Below are positions 18,970 through 27,534 of a DNA stretch of 41,610 bases, piece after piece. Position 1 is the stretch's first letter; every line of letters starts with the position of its first letter. The DNA lies in the NCBI GenBank assembly GCA_965552135.1, contig CBEVQY010000027.1, positions 1 to 41,610 on the forward strand, in the 5' to 3' direction. Source of the DNA: an uncultured bacterium. Its GTDB lineage: Bacteria; UBP14; UBA6098; B30-G16. A program made the translations under genes and the position numbers. Below the pieces are notes generated by a model. The model ran no database searches. It was not told the DNA's origin and saw only the letters and a program-made list of their open reading frames with translations.

Positions 18970-19710
18970 CTAAAGCTCGACCACAAGCCCATCGCGCGCA
19001 ACGACGACGCCCTCGGGGAACTCGGCGCCCTCGCGCTCCGGCGGAATGTGGGTGACGATGACCCTCCCGACCTCCTTGCTCGAAAGCCACGGTCCGAAAT
19101 CCTCAAGCGGGAAATGCATCCCCTCCACAAGGAGCCAGTCCGCAGGTTCCTTGAGGAGTTTCTCGAGGTCGGAGAGCGAGCCGATATCGCCCGAGTAGAT
19201 CCCCCTCTTCCCGTCGGCCTCTACGACGAGCGAGTAGCTCTCCAGGCTTGCGAGGGGATGCATCGCAAGCCCGCTCAGGTAGCCCGAAAGGTGGGTGTTT
19301 GGATGGGGCGTTATCGAGAACCCCGCAATGTCCGTTCTTTCGCCTGCGCGCCAGGTTACCCACTCTATGGGGAAACCTATTCGTTCCTCCCACATATAGC
19401 TTGCCTCGAGGGCAGCTTTTATCACTTTGATCCCCGCCGCGGGCGCAGCCACAGCAAGCGGCTTTTTGCGCTTGAGCTGATGGTACATCTGCACAAGCAG
19501 CCCTATGCCCGTCCAGTGGTCGGAGTGCATGTGTGTTATTGCGACGGCATCGATTTCGAGGGGATCGCACGATGCGGCGAGGATGTTTCTTGCGCATCCG
19601 TCGCCGCAGTCAAGCAGTATGACGCCGCCTTCGCGCTGAAGCCAGTACGACGAACTGCCCCTGTGCGCCACAGGCATACCCGACGCACTACCCAGAACAA
19701 CAAGCTTCAT
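18970..19710 (-). CDS. MBL-fold metallo-hydrolase, RNase Z/BN-like
   Basis: LGSASG, LLDCGDG, THMHSDH, YSGD and VTH motifs. Confidence 0.85.
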   Translation of the reverse strand: MKLVVLGSASGMPVAHRGSSSYWLQREGGVILLDCGDGCARNILAASCDPLEIDAVAITHMHSDHWTGIGLLVQMYHQLKRKKPLAVAAPAAGIKVIKAALEASYMWEERIGFPIEWVTWRAGERTDIAGFSITPHPNTHLSGYLSGLAMHPLASLESYSLVVEADGKRGIYSGDIGSLSDLEKLLKEPADWLLVEGMHFPLEDFGPWLSSKEVGRVIVTHIPPEREGAEFPEGVVVARDGLVVEL

Positions 19711-19719
19711 AAATCCACC

Positions 19720-21009
19720 TCACTTCTTCGGCAGAGCCTCCCTCACAAGCTTTAGGGCGCAGTATTCGCCGCACATGGTGCACACGTTTTCGTCTGATGG
19801 TGGTGTTGCGCTGCGGATAGCCTTTGCGCGCTTTGGGTCGATGGCAAGCTTTATCTGTTTTTCCCAGTCGAGGTCGAAGCGCGCCCTCGACATCTTCTCA
19901 TCCCACTCAATGGCGCGCCTGTTGCCGCGGGCTACGTCGGCGGCGTGAGCTGCGATGCGCGTGACTATTACCCCCTCGCGCACTGCGTCTACGTCGGGCA
20001 GGGAGAGGTGCTCGGTCCGGGTCACGTAGCAGAGGAAGTCTGCGCCGAAGTACGCCGCCCACGCGCCGCCTATCGCCGAGGTGATGTGATCGTACCCCGG
20101 CGCGATATCGGTGACAACGGGACCGAGGACGTAGAACGGCGCCCCCTTGCAGAGGGACTTTTGGAGCCTTATGTTCGTTTCGATCTGGTGCAGCGGGATG
20201 TGCCCCGGTCCCTCGACCATCGCCTGGACACCTGCCTCTCTGGCGCGGTCGACGAGCTCGCCAAGCGCTATGAGCTCCTCTATCTGCGGTCGGTCGGTGG
20301 CGTCGACTATCGCCCCAGGACGCATCCCGTCGCCGAGGGAGAGGGTGACATCGTACCTGCGGGCGATTTCGAGAAGCCTGTCGAAGTGCTCGTAGAGGGG
20401 GTTTTCGCGCTCGTTGTATCTGATCCACTGAAACAGGAAGGCGCCGCCTCGGCTCACGACGTTCATAACGCGCCCTGCGCTTATCAAAAGCTCCACCGCC
20501 CTCGCCGTAAGCCCGGCGTGAACGGTCATGAAGTCCACGCCCTGCTTCGCCTGCTCCTCGATGGTTTCGAAAAGCTCGTCGGGCGTCATCTTGACGACGG
20601 GCTTGCCCTGGGTCCGCAGGCGAACCGCAGCCTCGTATATCGGCACCGTTCCCACGGGGACGCTGCTGTGCTCTATTATAGCCTTTCGCACCGCGACGAG
20701 GTCTCCGCCTGTGGAGAGGTCCATCACGGTGTCGGCGCCGGCTTCGAGGGCGGCGCGAAGCTTGGAAAGCTCGTTGCCTATGTCCGCAACGTCAGCTGAT
20801 GTGCCTATGTTCGCGTTGACCTTGACGGAAAGACCGTCGCCTATCCCCACCGAGCGAACCCCGCGGGGACGCGAGTTGTTTTTAGGGATGACGATCCTGC
20901 CCTCGGCGACGCCCCTTATCACATGCTCCAGCAAAACGCCCTCGTACTCGGCAACCTCCCGAAACTCGGGAAGCTCAACGCCAGACCTTGCCTGCTCTAC
21001 GAGTGTCAT
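19720..21009 (-). CDS. thiC: Phosphomethylpyrimidine synthase ThiC (short form; BzaA/B/F paralogue not excluded)
   Basis: KVNANIGTS, DTVMDLS, GTVPIY, VSRGG, SLGDGMRPG, EGPGH, GYDHIT and C-terminal CTMCGEYC. GGAGG SD before ATG 21009. Confidence 0.9.
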   Translation of the reverse strand: MTLVEQARSGVELPEFREVAEYEGVLLEHVIRGVAEGRIVIPKNNSRPRGVRSVGIGDGLSVKVNANIGTSADVADIGNELSKLRAALEAGADTVMDLSTGGDLVAVRKAIIEHSSVPVGTVPIYEAAVRLRTQGKPVVKMTPDELFETIEEQAKQGVDFMTVHAGLTARAVELLISAGRVMNVVSRGGAFLFQWIRYNERENPLYEHFDRLLEIARRYDVTLSLGDGMRPGAIVDATDRPQIEELIALGELVDRAREAGVQAMVEGPGHIPLHQIETNIRLQKSLCKGAPFYVLGPVVTDIAPGYDHITSAIGGAWAAYFGADFLCYVTRTEHLSLPDVDAVREGVIVTRIAAHAADVARGNRRAIEWDEKMSRARFDLDWEKQIKLAIDPKRAKAIRSATPPSDENVCTMCGEYCALKLVREALPKK

Positions 21010-21038
21010 CCTACGCCTCCGATCTCGCAAATTATTAA

Positions 21039-21067
21039 ACTATATCCCGCCGCCCTCGGCTGTTCAA
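21039..21067 (-). promoter_or_regulatory. sigma70-type promoter for thiC
   Basis: On the minus strand: TTGAAC, 17 nt, TATAGT, ending 30 nt upstream of the thiC ATG. Confidence 0.55.
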
Positions 21068-21087
21068 GGCAAAAGTTGCCCCACAGG

Positions 21088-21846
21088 CTACCTCAGACTT
21101 TGGGCTATCAGGTCGCTCGGGCTGTAGAGTCCGGGCTTTTGGGAAATGAGCCACTTTGCCGCGTTTATCGCACCGCGGGCGAAGAGCTTCCTGTCGCGCG
21201 CCCGGTGGATCAGGATGATCTCCTCCTCGGGCAGCGCGAAGATAACGTGGTGCTCGCCCACTATGTTCCCCGCCCTGACCGCGTGTACGCCGAGCTGCTT
21301 TGCGGGGCGTTCGCCGGTTCTGCCTGATCTTCCGAACACCACTGCGTCTTCGTCCCACCCGCGTGCGGAAAGGATTTTCTGCGCAAGCGTCATCGCGGTG
21401 CCGCTTGGGGCGTCGGCTTTGCGCCTGTGGTGATACTCAACTATCTCGGCGTCGGCGCTATCGAAGAGCGACGCCGCCCTGCCGACTACGTCGACCAGAA
21501 ACGCCACGGCAAGCGACATGTTCGTCGCGTAGTAGACGGGCACCCTTTGCGCCGCCTCCTCCAGCGCCGAGAGTTGGGCGTCGGAGAGTCCGGTCGTCCC
21601 GCACACAAGCGGTATCCCGCTTTTACCGCACCAGCGCGCAATGGACAGGGTCCCATCTGGGCTGGAGAAGTCCAGGGCGCAGTCGACCCCCGCAGGAAGA
21701 TTCGACACACCGGCGAAGACGGGTATCTCCCCAAGCGTCGTCTCCTCGAGGTCAACCCCGGCGACCACGGCGACCCCCTCCTCGCTGGCCACATCGACTA
21801 TCGCCCTGCCCATCCTGCCGAGTATGCCGCACACAACAACCCTCAT
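21088..21846 (-). CDS. dapB: 4-hydroxy-tetrahydrodipicolinate reductase
   Basis: GxxGRMG, DFS, GTTG, EYHHRRKADAPSGTA, GEHHVIF and FARGA motifs. GGAGG spacing favours ATG 21846. Confidence 0.96.
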   Translation of the reverse strand: MRVVVCGILGRMGRAIVDVASEEGVAVVAGVDLEETTLGEIPVFAGVSNLPAGVDCALDFSSPDGTLSIARWCGKSGIPLVCGTTGLSDAQLSALEEAAQRVPVYYATNMSLAVAFLVDVVGRAASLFDSADAEIVEYHHRRKADAPSGTAMTLAQKILSARGWDEDAVVFGRSGRTGERPAKQLGVHAVRAGNIVGEHHVIFALPEEEIILIHRARDRKLFARGAINAAKWLISQKPGLYSPSDLIAQSLR

Positions 21847-21858
21847 CGCCACCCTCCG

Positions 21859-22731
21859 TCACAGAAGCCCAGCCTGGGAGAGCGTTTCCTTAATGAGCTT
21901 TACCGTCGATTCGCTTGCCGGTGCGAGCGGTGGGCGCAACCTGTTTGCGCAAAGACCCATAAGCTCCATCGCTGCCTTGAGCGGAACGGGATTCCCCTCG
22001 ACGAAGAGAGCCTTTATGACTGGGAAGAGTTTGAAGTGAATCTGGCGCGCTTGCTCGATCTTGCCGGCCTCGAAGTACCTGATCATGTCGGAGAACATCT
22101 TCGGCGCCACGTTCGCCACGGTGGATATCACTCCCTTTGCGCCCAGCGCAAGCATCGGGAGTGTTAAGGAGTCGTCGCCCGAGAGGACGGTGAACTCCGG
22201 CGCTTCGCGCAGTATGGCGCTCACCTGGTCGAGCTTGCCCGAAGCCTCCTTTACGGCGACTATGTTCGGGTGCCTGGAGAGCTCCACCACCGTTTCGGGC
22301 AGGAGGTTTGTTCCGGTGCGGGACGGGACGTTGTAGAGGATCACGGGCAGCCCCACGTCCGCAACGGCGTGGTAGTATCTGATCATAGCCCTCTGCGACG
22401 GTTTGTTCCCGAAGGGCGTTATGACGAGGACGGCGTCGGCGCCGAGATTTTTCGCTCTTTTGGTTCTCTCCACCGCCTGCGCCGTCTCGGACGACCCCGT
22501 GCCCATTATCACGGGGATCTTACCCTTTGCCACCTCGAGCGCCGCCTCGAGGAGGGCGTCGCGCTCGCCCTCGTGGAGCGTGAAACTCTCGCCCGTGCAG
22601 CCGGCAACAAGCACACCGTCTGTGCCCTGCTCGATGTGCCAGCTCACAAGCTCCCTGTACTTCTTCACGTCCGGGCTTCCGTGTTCGTCGAAGGGGGTTG
22701 CCAGGGCAACTATGCTACCTCGCAGCGTCAT
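21859..22731 (-). CDS. dapA: 4-hydroxy-tetrahydrodipicolinate synthase
   Basis: ALATPF, GCTGES, LYNVPSRTG, catalytic KEASG, LSGDD and NPVPLK; adjacent to dapB. Confidence 0.96.
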   Translation of the reverse strand: MTLRGSIVALATPFDEHGSPDVKKYRELVSWHIEQGTDGVLVAGCTGESFTLHEGERDALLEAALEVAKGKIPVIMGTGSSETAQAVERTKRAKNLGADAVLVITPFGNKPSQRAMIRYYHAVADVGLPVILYNVPSRTGTNLLPETVVELSRHPNIVAVKEASGKLDQVSAILREAPEFTVLSGDDSLTLPMLALGAKGVISTVANVAPKMFSDMIRYFEAGKIEQARQIHFKLFPVIKALFVEGNPVPLKAAMELMGLCANRLRPPLAPASESTVKLIKETLSQAGLL

Positions 22732-22807
22732 ATCCTACCTCCGCGCTGAGTTACTTCGCAGAAATATATCCCCTTTTCGTGCTCCGCAAAGGCGTTTTCT
22801 TTTCCGC

Positions 22808-22835
22808 TTGCACGGCGGGCTTGCGCTGATATCTT
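22808..22835 (+). promoter_or_regulatory. Putative sigma70 promoter for purF (possibly leaderless)
   Basis: TTGCAC, 16 nt, TG-n-TATCTT. The ATG begins 7 nt after the -10 hexamer and there is no SD. Confidence 0.45.
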
Positions 22836-22841
22836 TTGGCG

Positions 22842-24245
22842 ATGGCTTCCGATATTGCGCACAACTGCGGGCTTTTCGGCGTCATCGGGCATCCTCAGGC
22901 GGCAAAGCTTGCCTACCTTGGGCTTTACGCCCTCCAGCATCGTGGTCAGGAGAGCGCCGGCATCGTATCGACGGACGGGGAGAGGATGTTTGAGCGGAAG
23001 GGGCTTGGTCTGGTAAGCGACGTTTTCCCCGACGAGCGGTCGCTTTTGGAGCTCCCCGGCGATGCCGCAATTGGGCACAACAGATACTCCACAACGGGCA
23101 CGACGCTCCTTGTCAACACACAGCCTTTTCTGATAAACTTCCACAGAGGTCAGATAGCCGCTGCGCACAACGGCAACCTCGTCAACGCCCAGAAGCTGAG
23201 GCGCCAGATGGAGCGCGATGGCTCCATCTTCCGCACAACGACCGACAGCGAGGTCGTCTTGCACCTCATAGCGCGCTCGCGGAGGAAGACGATCCCCGAG
23301 ATGATAGCCGACGCGCTCGGCAAAGTGCGGGGCGCGTTCTCAATGCTTTTTCTGACCAAGGATTTCCTCATAGGCGTCAAGGATCCGTTCTCCTTCAGAC
23401 CCCTCGTTTTGGGCAGGAAGGGGGATGCGTGGTTTTTCGCCTCCGAGACCTGCGCCTTCGACCTTTTGGGGGTTGAGTTTCTCCGCTGCCTTGACCCCGG
23501 CGAGATGGTCGTTATCCGGCGCGGCTGTGAGCCCGAAACAATCTTCCCGTGGGGCAAAAGGGATCCCCAAAGCGCCGCCGCGTGTATCTTCGAGTTTATT
23601 TACTTTTCGCGCCCCGATTCCGTGGTTTTCGGTGCACCGGTGGACAAGATCCGTCGCAGGATGGGGCATCAGCTCGCGCTGGAGCACCCCGCCGAAGCCG
23701 ACATAGTGATCTCCGTGCCCGACAGCTCCAACACCGCCGCGCTGGGCTACTCCGAAGTGTCGGGAATACCGTTTGAGATCGGTCTTATAAGGAACCACTA
23801 CATCGGGCGGACCTTCATCCAGCCCGTGCAGGAGGCGCGTGAGTTCGGCGTCAGGATGAAGTATAATCCCGTTGTGGGGGTTTTGCGGGACAAGCGCGTG
23901 GTCGTTGTGGACGACTCCATCGTGCGCGGGACAACGAGCAGGAAGCTTATCCGTATGCTGCGCGACGCGGGCGCGAAGGAGGTGCACCTCAGGGTGGCTT
24001 CGCCGCCCATCGTGGCACCCTGCTTCTACGGCATCGACACGCCCGACCGCGACCAGCTCATCGCAGCCAAAATGAACATCGAGCAGATAAGGGAGTTTTT
24101 GGGCGCCGATTCGCTCGGATACCTTTCGCTTGAGGGAATGCTCTCGGTAAGGGGGCTTCCACCGATGGGATACTGCACCGCTTGCTTCGGAACCGACTAC
24201 CCCGTGCCGATCGAGGACGTTCCGCAGAAGGATAGAATGGTCTAA
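22842..24245 (+). CDS. purF: Amidophosphoribosyltransferase (propeptide, [4Fe-4S] type)
   Basis: Short propeptide then CGLFG; LQHRGQESAG, GHNRYST, HNGNL, VDDSIVRGTT; Fe-S cysteines in CIFE, PCFYGID and CTAC. Confidence 0.98.
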   Translation: MASDIAHNCGLFGVIGHPQAAKLAYLGLYALQHRGQESAGIVSTDGERMFERKGLGLVSDVFPDERSLLELPGDAAIGHNRYSTTGTTLLVNTQPFLINFHRGQIAAAHNGNLVNAQKLRRQMERDGSIFRTTTDSEVVLHLIARSRRKTIPEMIADALGKVRGAFSMLFLTKDFLIGVKDPFSFRPLVLGRKGDAWFFASETCAFDLLGVEFLRCLDPGEMVVIRRGCEPETIFPWGKRDPQSAAACIFEFIYFSRPDSVVFGAPVDKIRRRMGHQLALEHPAEADIVISVPDSSNTAALGYSEVSGIPFEIGLIRNHYIGRTFIQPVQEAREFGVRMKYNPVVGVLRDKRVVVVDDSIVRGTTSRKLIRMLRDAGAKEVHLRVASPPIVAPCFYGIDTPDRDQLIAAKMNIEQIREFLGADSLGYLSLEGMLSVRGLPPMGYCTACFGTDYPVPIEDVPQKDRMV

Positions 24246-24256
24246 CCAGTTTTCGC

Positions 24257-24284
24257 TTGACAGCTTTAGGGGGTGGGGTATTTT
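24257..24284 (+). promoter_or_regulatory. Putative sigma70 promoter
   Basis: TTGACA, 16 nt, TATTTT, followed by SD AAAGGAGG at 24303-24310. Confidence 0.5.
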
Positions 24285-24317
24285 GTGAAACGAGCTAACC
24301 GGAAAGGAGGTAGGGTT

Positions 24318-26597
24318 ATGAGAAGGCTTGCGTGGCTGTCTGTGGCGCTTGGTTTTGTTTTGTTGTTTGGTCTTTCCTTCGCCGATGATGTGCTTTTTCC
24401 GCCGAAGGTTGTGGGCAAGAGGGTTGGCGCAGGTTTTCCGTTGCCCCGTATTCCACGCTCGCTGAGGGATGGGCTAAAGCTTCAGTGGCCTTCGGATATG
24501 CCCGAGTACCTTGGCTGCCGCGTCGACACCGTGGGCTACACCTACTACGACATGCAGCACAACTACACCTGCGGTCGCAACATAGCCCTCGACGACGAGG
24601 GCACCGTCCACATCTGCTGGATGTGGTCGAGCAACGAGATGCACGACCCAAGGCACATAAAGTACAACTACGTTACCGCCGACGGGAGCCAGTTCAGCCC
24701 TTACGACGGCACCCAGGCCGACGGCGGCACAAGGGGAGGCTACACGAACATAACCCTCACGCGCCTGCCCTTCTGGCCCGATACAACCCTCATCATACAG
24801 ATCCCGTTCATAGCGTTCCACGAGAACTACACCACCCTTACGGGAACCCATACCGATATCGTTTGGGATGCCGCAAGGCGCCTTGTTGAGGGCAGCGCGG
24901 GCGGATTCTCCGGCACCGAAAGCGGGATGGGCAACTCCATGCCGCCAATTGCCTACTCCACGTCGCCCGAATACGAGCCGTACTATCCTGACCTCAACTC
25001 CTGTCCCGACAGCGTCGATCTGGAGGCGATCTGGCCCAAGGTAGACGCCGACGACGAGGGACATATATACATAGTCTCCACAAACTACGCCGGCGATACC
25101 CTCTGCGACGTGCCGATCCCTGATTACGTCATCTTCTACGCCGGCTACCCAAGCTACGACGAAAGCGGTTTGATAAACCAGTACAACTGGTCCGTCGGTC
25201 CGCTCCTTCTGGACCTTCAGAGCGCCATCGACGTCGACATCGACGTCGACAGGAACACGGGCGAGATCGCCGTGGCGTTCTTCTCCGTCTACGACACCAA
25301 CAGCTGCGAACACTACTCCCCCGAAGGCGGTGTGTATTACGCTTGGCTTCAGGCGATGTCTTTGTCGTACCGCAAGTCCACCGATGGCGGCGTCACCTGG
25401 ACGGAGCGCAGGCAGATCATCGGACCTCAGCCCGGCTCCGACGGAATCTGGTCGCCCGAAGAGCTGGATACGATCTACAGATGGGCGATATACTTCGACA
25501 CCGTTGGAACCGACACCTTCTACTTCACCAAGCTTGATACCTTCGTCGTCTTTTACAGGTCTCTTTGGGGGACCGACATAAGCCTTGGCTACGACCCCTC
25601 CGGAAACCTTCACGCCGTTTTCACGGCGAAGATGTACACGCCCACGAATCCCGACTATCCGTGCTCGGTTTCGGTGTACTACGGCAGCGTCATCCTGCAC
25701 TGGGATGAGGCGAGCGGTCAGATCCACAAGGTTTGTCCTCCGCGCTTCGGCAGGGCGGATATGCTGCCCGGAACCGAGTACTCCGACGCCGACGAGACGG
25801 TGCTTAGACCCAGCATTGCCTTCGACGACGAGGGCAACATCTACGTTGTTTGGCAGCAGGCGTGGCCGAGGCACTACGCTTATCTCGATTCGCTACAGAC
25901 CTTCGCTCCGGCGCACGAAGGCACACTCTCCGCCGACGATGTAGCGGAGTGGGATACGCTCATAGCCAACGTTTTGGGCGATGGGTTTGACGCAAGCGCA
26001 GGCGGCGTAGCCAACTACGACATCTTCGGCGCCGTTTCGACCGACGGCGGCGTGACGTGGTCGCCGCCCGTGAACATCTCGAACACGTATTCCCGCGGCT
26101 GCGACCCCGGCGATTGCCTGTGCGAGTACACCATCTCCATGGCCGAGCGCGTCGACGATAAGATGCACATCTTCGCCGTCCTCGACAAGGACGCCGGAAG
26201 CTCACTGCGCGACATTGGCGAGACGGTCGAGTGCCCCGTCATCCACATCGCCGTCGATACATCCGTCTTCTTCAGCTACGCCTTCCCTGCGGGCGTCAAT
26301 GAGGCTAAGGCCGGCAAGCCTTCCCGCATCTCCGTCGGAGCTTATCCCAATCCATTCAACGCTGCGACGAACGTCGTCTGGTCGCTCCCTGCGTCGGGTG
26401 ATGTGAATGTCGAGATCGTCGACGTCTCGGGGCGCGTTGTGCGCACCCTCTACAAGGGCTTTGCCACATCCGGTTCCCACAGCGTCGTCTGGGACGGCAA
26501 GGACGACTCCGGCGAAGCCGTGCCCTCGGGAACCTATATGTGCCGAGTCCGCTGCGGCGATCATACTGCTGCCGCGAAGGTCGTGCTCATAAAGTAG
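24318..26597 (+). CDS. Large acidic secreted protein with BNR/Asp-box repeats and FlgD-Ig/T9SS-like C-terminal domain
   Basis: Strong SD; signal peptide; two STDGGVTW Asp-boxes; C-terminal YPNPFN...DVSGRVVRTL...VWDGKDDSGEAVPSGTY...KVVLIK. Confidence 0.82.
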   Translation: MRRLAWLSVALGFVLLFGLSFADDVLFPPKVVGKRVGAGFPLPRIPRSLRDGLKLQWPSDMPEYLGCRVDTVGYTYYDMQHNYTCGRNIALDDEGTVHICWMWSSNEMHDPRHIKYNYVTADGSQFSPYDGTQADGGTRGGYTNITLTRLPFWPDTTLIIQIPFIAFHENYTTLTGTHTDIVWDAARRLVEGSAGGFSGTESGMGNSMPPIAYSTSPEYEPYYPDLNSCPDSVDLEAIWPKVDADDEGHIYIVSTNYAGDTLCDVPIPDYVIFYAGYPSYDESGLINQYNWSVGPLLLDLQSAIDVDIDVDRNTGEIAVAFFSVYDTNSCEHYSPEGGVYYAWLQAMSLSYRKSTDGGVTWTERRQIIGPQPGSDGIWSPEELDTIYRWAIYFDTVGTDTFYFTKLDTFVVFYRSLWGTDISLGYDPSGNLHAVFTAKMYTPTNPDYPCSVSVYYGSVILHWDEASGQIHKVCPPRFGRADMLPGTEYSDADETVLRPSIAFDDEGNIYVVWQQAWPRHYAYLDSLQTFAPAHEGTLSADDVAEWDTLIANVLGDGFDASAGGVANYDIFGAVSTDGGVTWSPPVNISNTYSRGCDPGDCLCEYTISMAERVDDKMHIFAVLDKDAGSSLRDIGETVECPVIHIAVDTSVFFSYAFPAGVNEAKAGKPSRISVGAYPNPFNAATNVVWSLPASGDVNVEIVDVSGRVVRTLYKGFATSGSHSVVWDGKDDSGEAVPSGTYMCRVRCGDHTAAAKVVLIK

Positions 26598-26650
26598 CCG
26601 CGGGCTGAATTTGGGCGTTGTCGGCGCAGGACGGATTCTCGAGCGTGCTG

Positions 26651-26682
26651 GCGGGTCTGCGATCTTTGCAGACCCGCTTTTT
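26651..26682 (+). terminator. Rho-independent terminator
   Basis: Perfect 10-bp stem GCGGGTCTGC/GCAGACCCGC with a 7-nt loop, followed by TTTTT, between convergent genes. Confidence 0.85.
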
Positions 26683-26766
26683 GCTGTGGTTAGGTGAGCT
26701 GCCTTTCGCTGGGACCTGCCGCGTCGGGTAGGGGAGGGGCGTTCCACCGTCGACGGGGCACTTTGT

Positions 26767-27534
26767 CTAAGTCCTCGCGCCGTGGACCGCTTCGGCAAAC
26801 TGGGAGAGGAGGGAGAGTTTTTGGGGGTTTGTCTCGAAGAAGTTCCCCACCACGACCACGTCTGCGAATTTTGCTTTGCGCGCTGCCTGCTGCGGCGTTT
26901 TGATGCCGCCGCCCACGATGACGGCGATGTCCACGCTTTCTGCCACCGCCCTCACGATCTCGTCGGGCACGGGCTCGTCCGCGCCGCTTCCGGCCTCGAG
27001 GAAGACCGCGTGCATGCCCATATACTGCGCCGCAAGCGCATGCGCCACGGCTATATCGGGCTTTGTGCGCGGCAGCGGCGGCGTGACCGAAAAGAACTCG
27101 ACGGCGGTCCCGCCGCCGGAGTCGATGAGCAGGTAGCCCACGGGGATCGTCGCAAGTCCAAGGGCTTTCACCTTTGGCGCGGCGAGAACCTGCTCGTCCA
27201 CAAGCCAGCGGGGGTTGCGCGACGAAAGCATCGTCAAAAAGAGCACGGCGTCGGCCGCGGCGCTAAGCTGGTTCCTGTCGCCCGGGAAGATGACCACAGG
27301 CAGGCTACAGCACTCTTTGAGCCTGTGCACCACCTCCTCAAGCTCGCTTCGCACTATTATGCTTGATCCGACGAGGATGGCGTCGACGCCAAGGCGCTCC
27401 GCCGAGGTGACCGTTAGCTCCAAGCTTTCGCCCTCGCCTATCTTGTCGGGATCGACAAGAAGCCAAAACTGGGGCGTAGACCTCTTGAGTCTGAACCCCT
27501 GCGAAAGCTCCCTTATAAAATCCCTCCCGCTCAT
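26767..27534 (-). CDS. Geranylgeranylglyceryl phosphate synthase family protein (GGGPS/PcrB, group II-like)
   Basis: LLVDPDK, ILVGSS, IFPG, SSRNP, GYLLID, PLPRTKPDIA, FLEAGSGA, VGGGI and VVVGN motifs. Confidence 0.92.
   Translation of the reverse strand: MSGRDFIRELSQGFRLKRSTPQFWLLVDPDKIGEGESLELTVTSAERLGVDAILVGSSIIVRSELEEVVHRLKECCSLPVVIFPGDRNQLSAAADAVLFLTMLSSRNPRWLVDEQVLAAPKVKALGLATIPVGYLLIDSGGGTAVEFFSVTPPLPRTKPDIAVAHALAAQYMGMHAVFLEAGSGADEPVPDEIVRAVAESVDIAVIVGGGIKTPQQAARKAKFADVVVVGNFFETNPQKLSLLSQFAEAVHGART

Noticed and set aside
26683..26766. Possible SRP RNA or other ncRNA in the convergent intergenic region (minus strand CAGGTCCCAGCGAAAGGCAGC)
   Set aside because: It only loosely resembles the SRP domain IV motif. 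The GNRA-capped stem and AGCAG spacing do not fit, and no long enclosing helix is evident.
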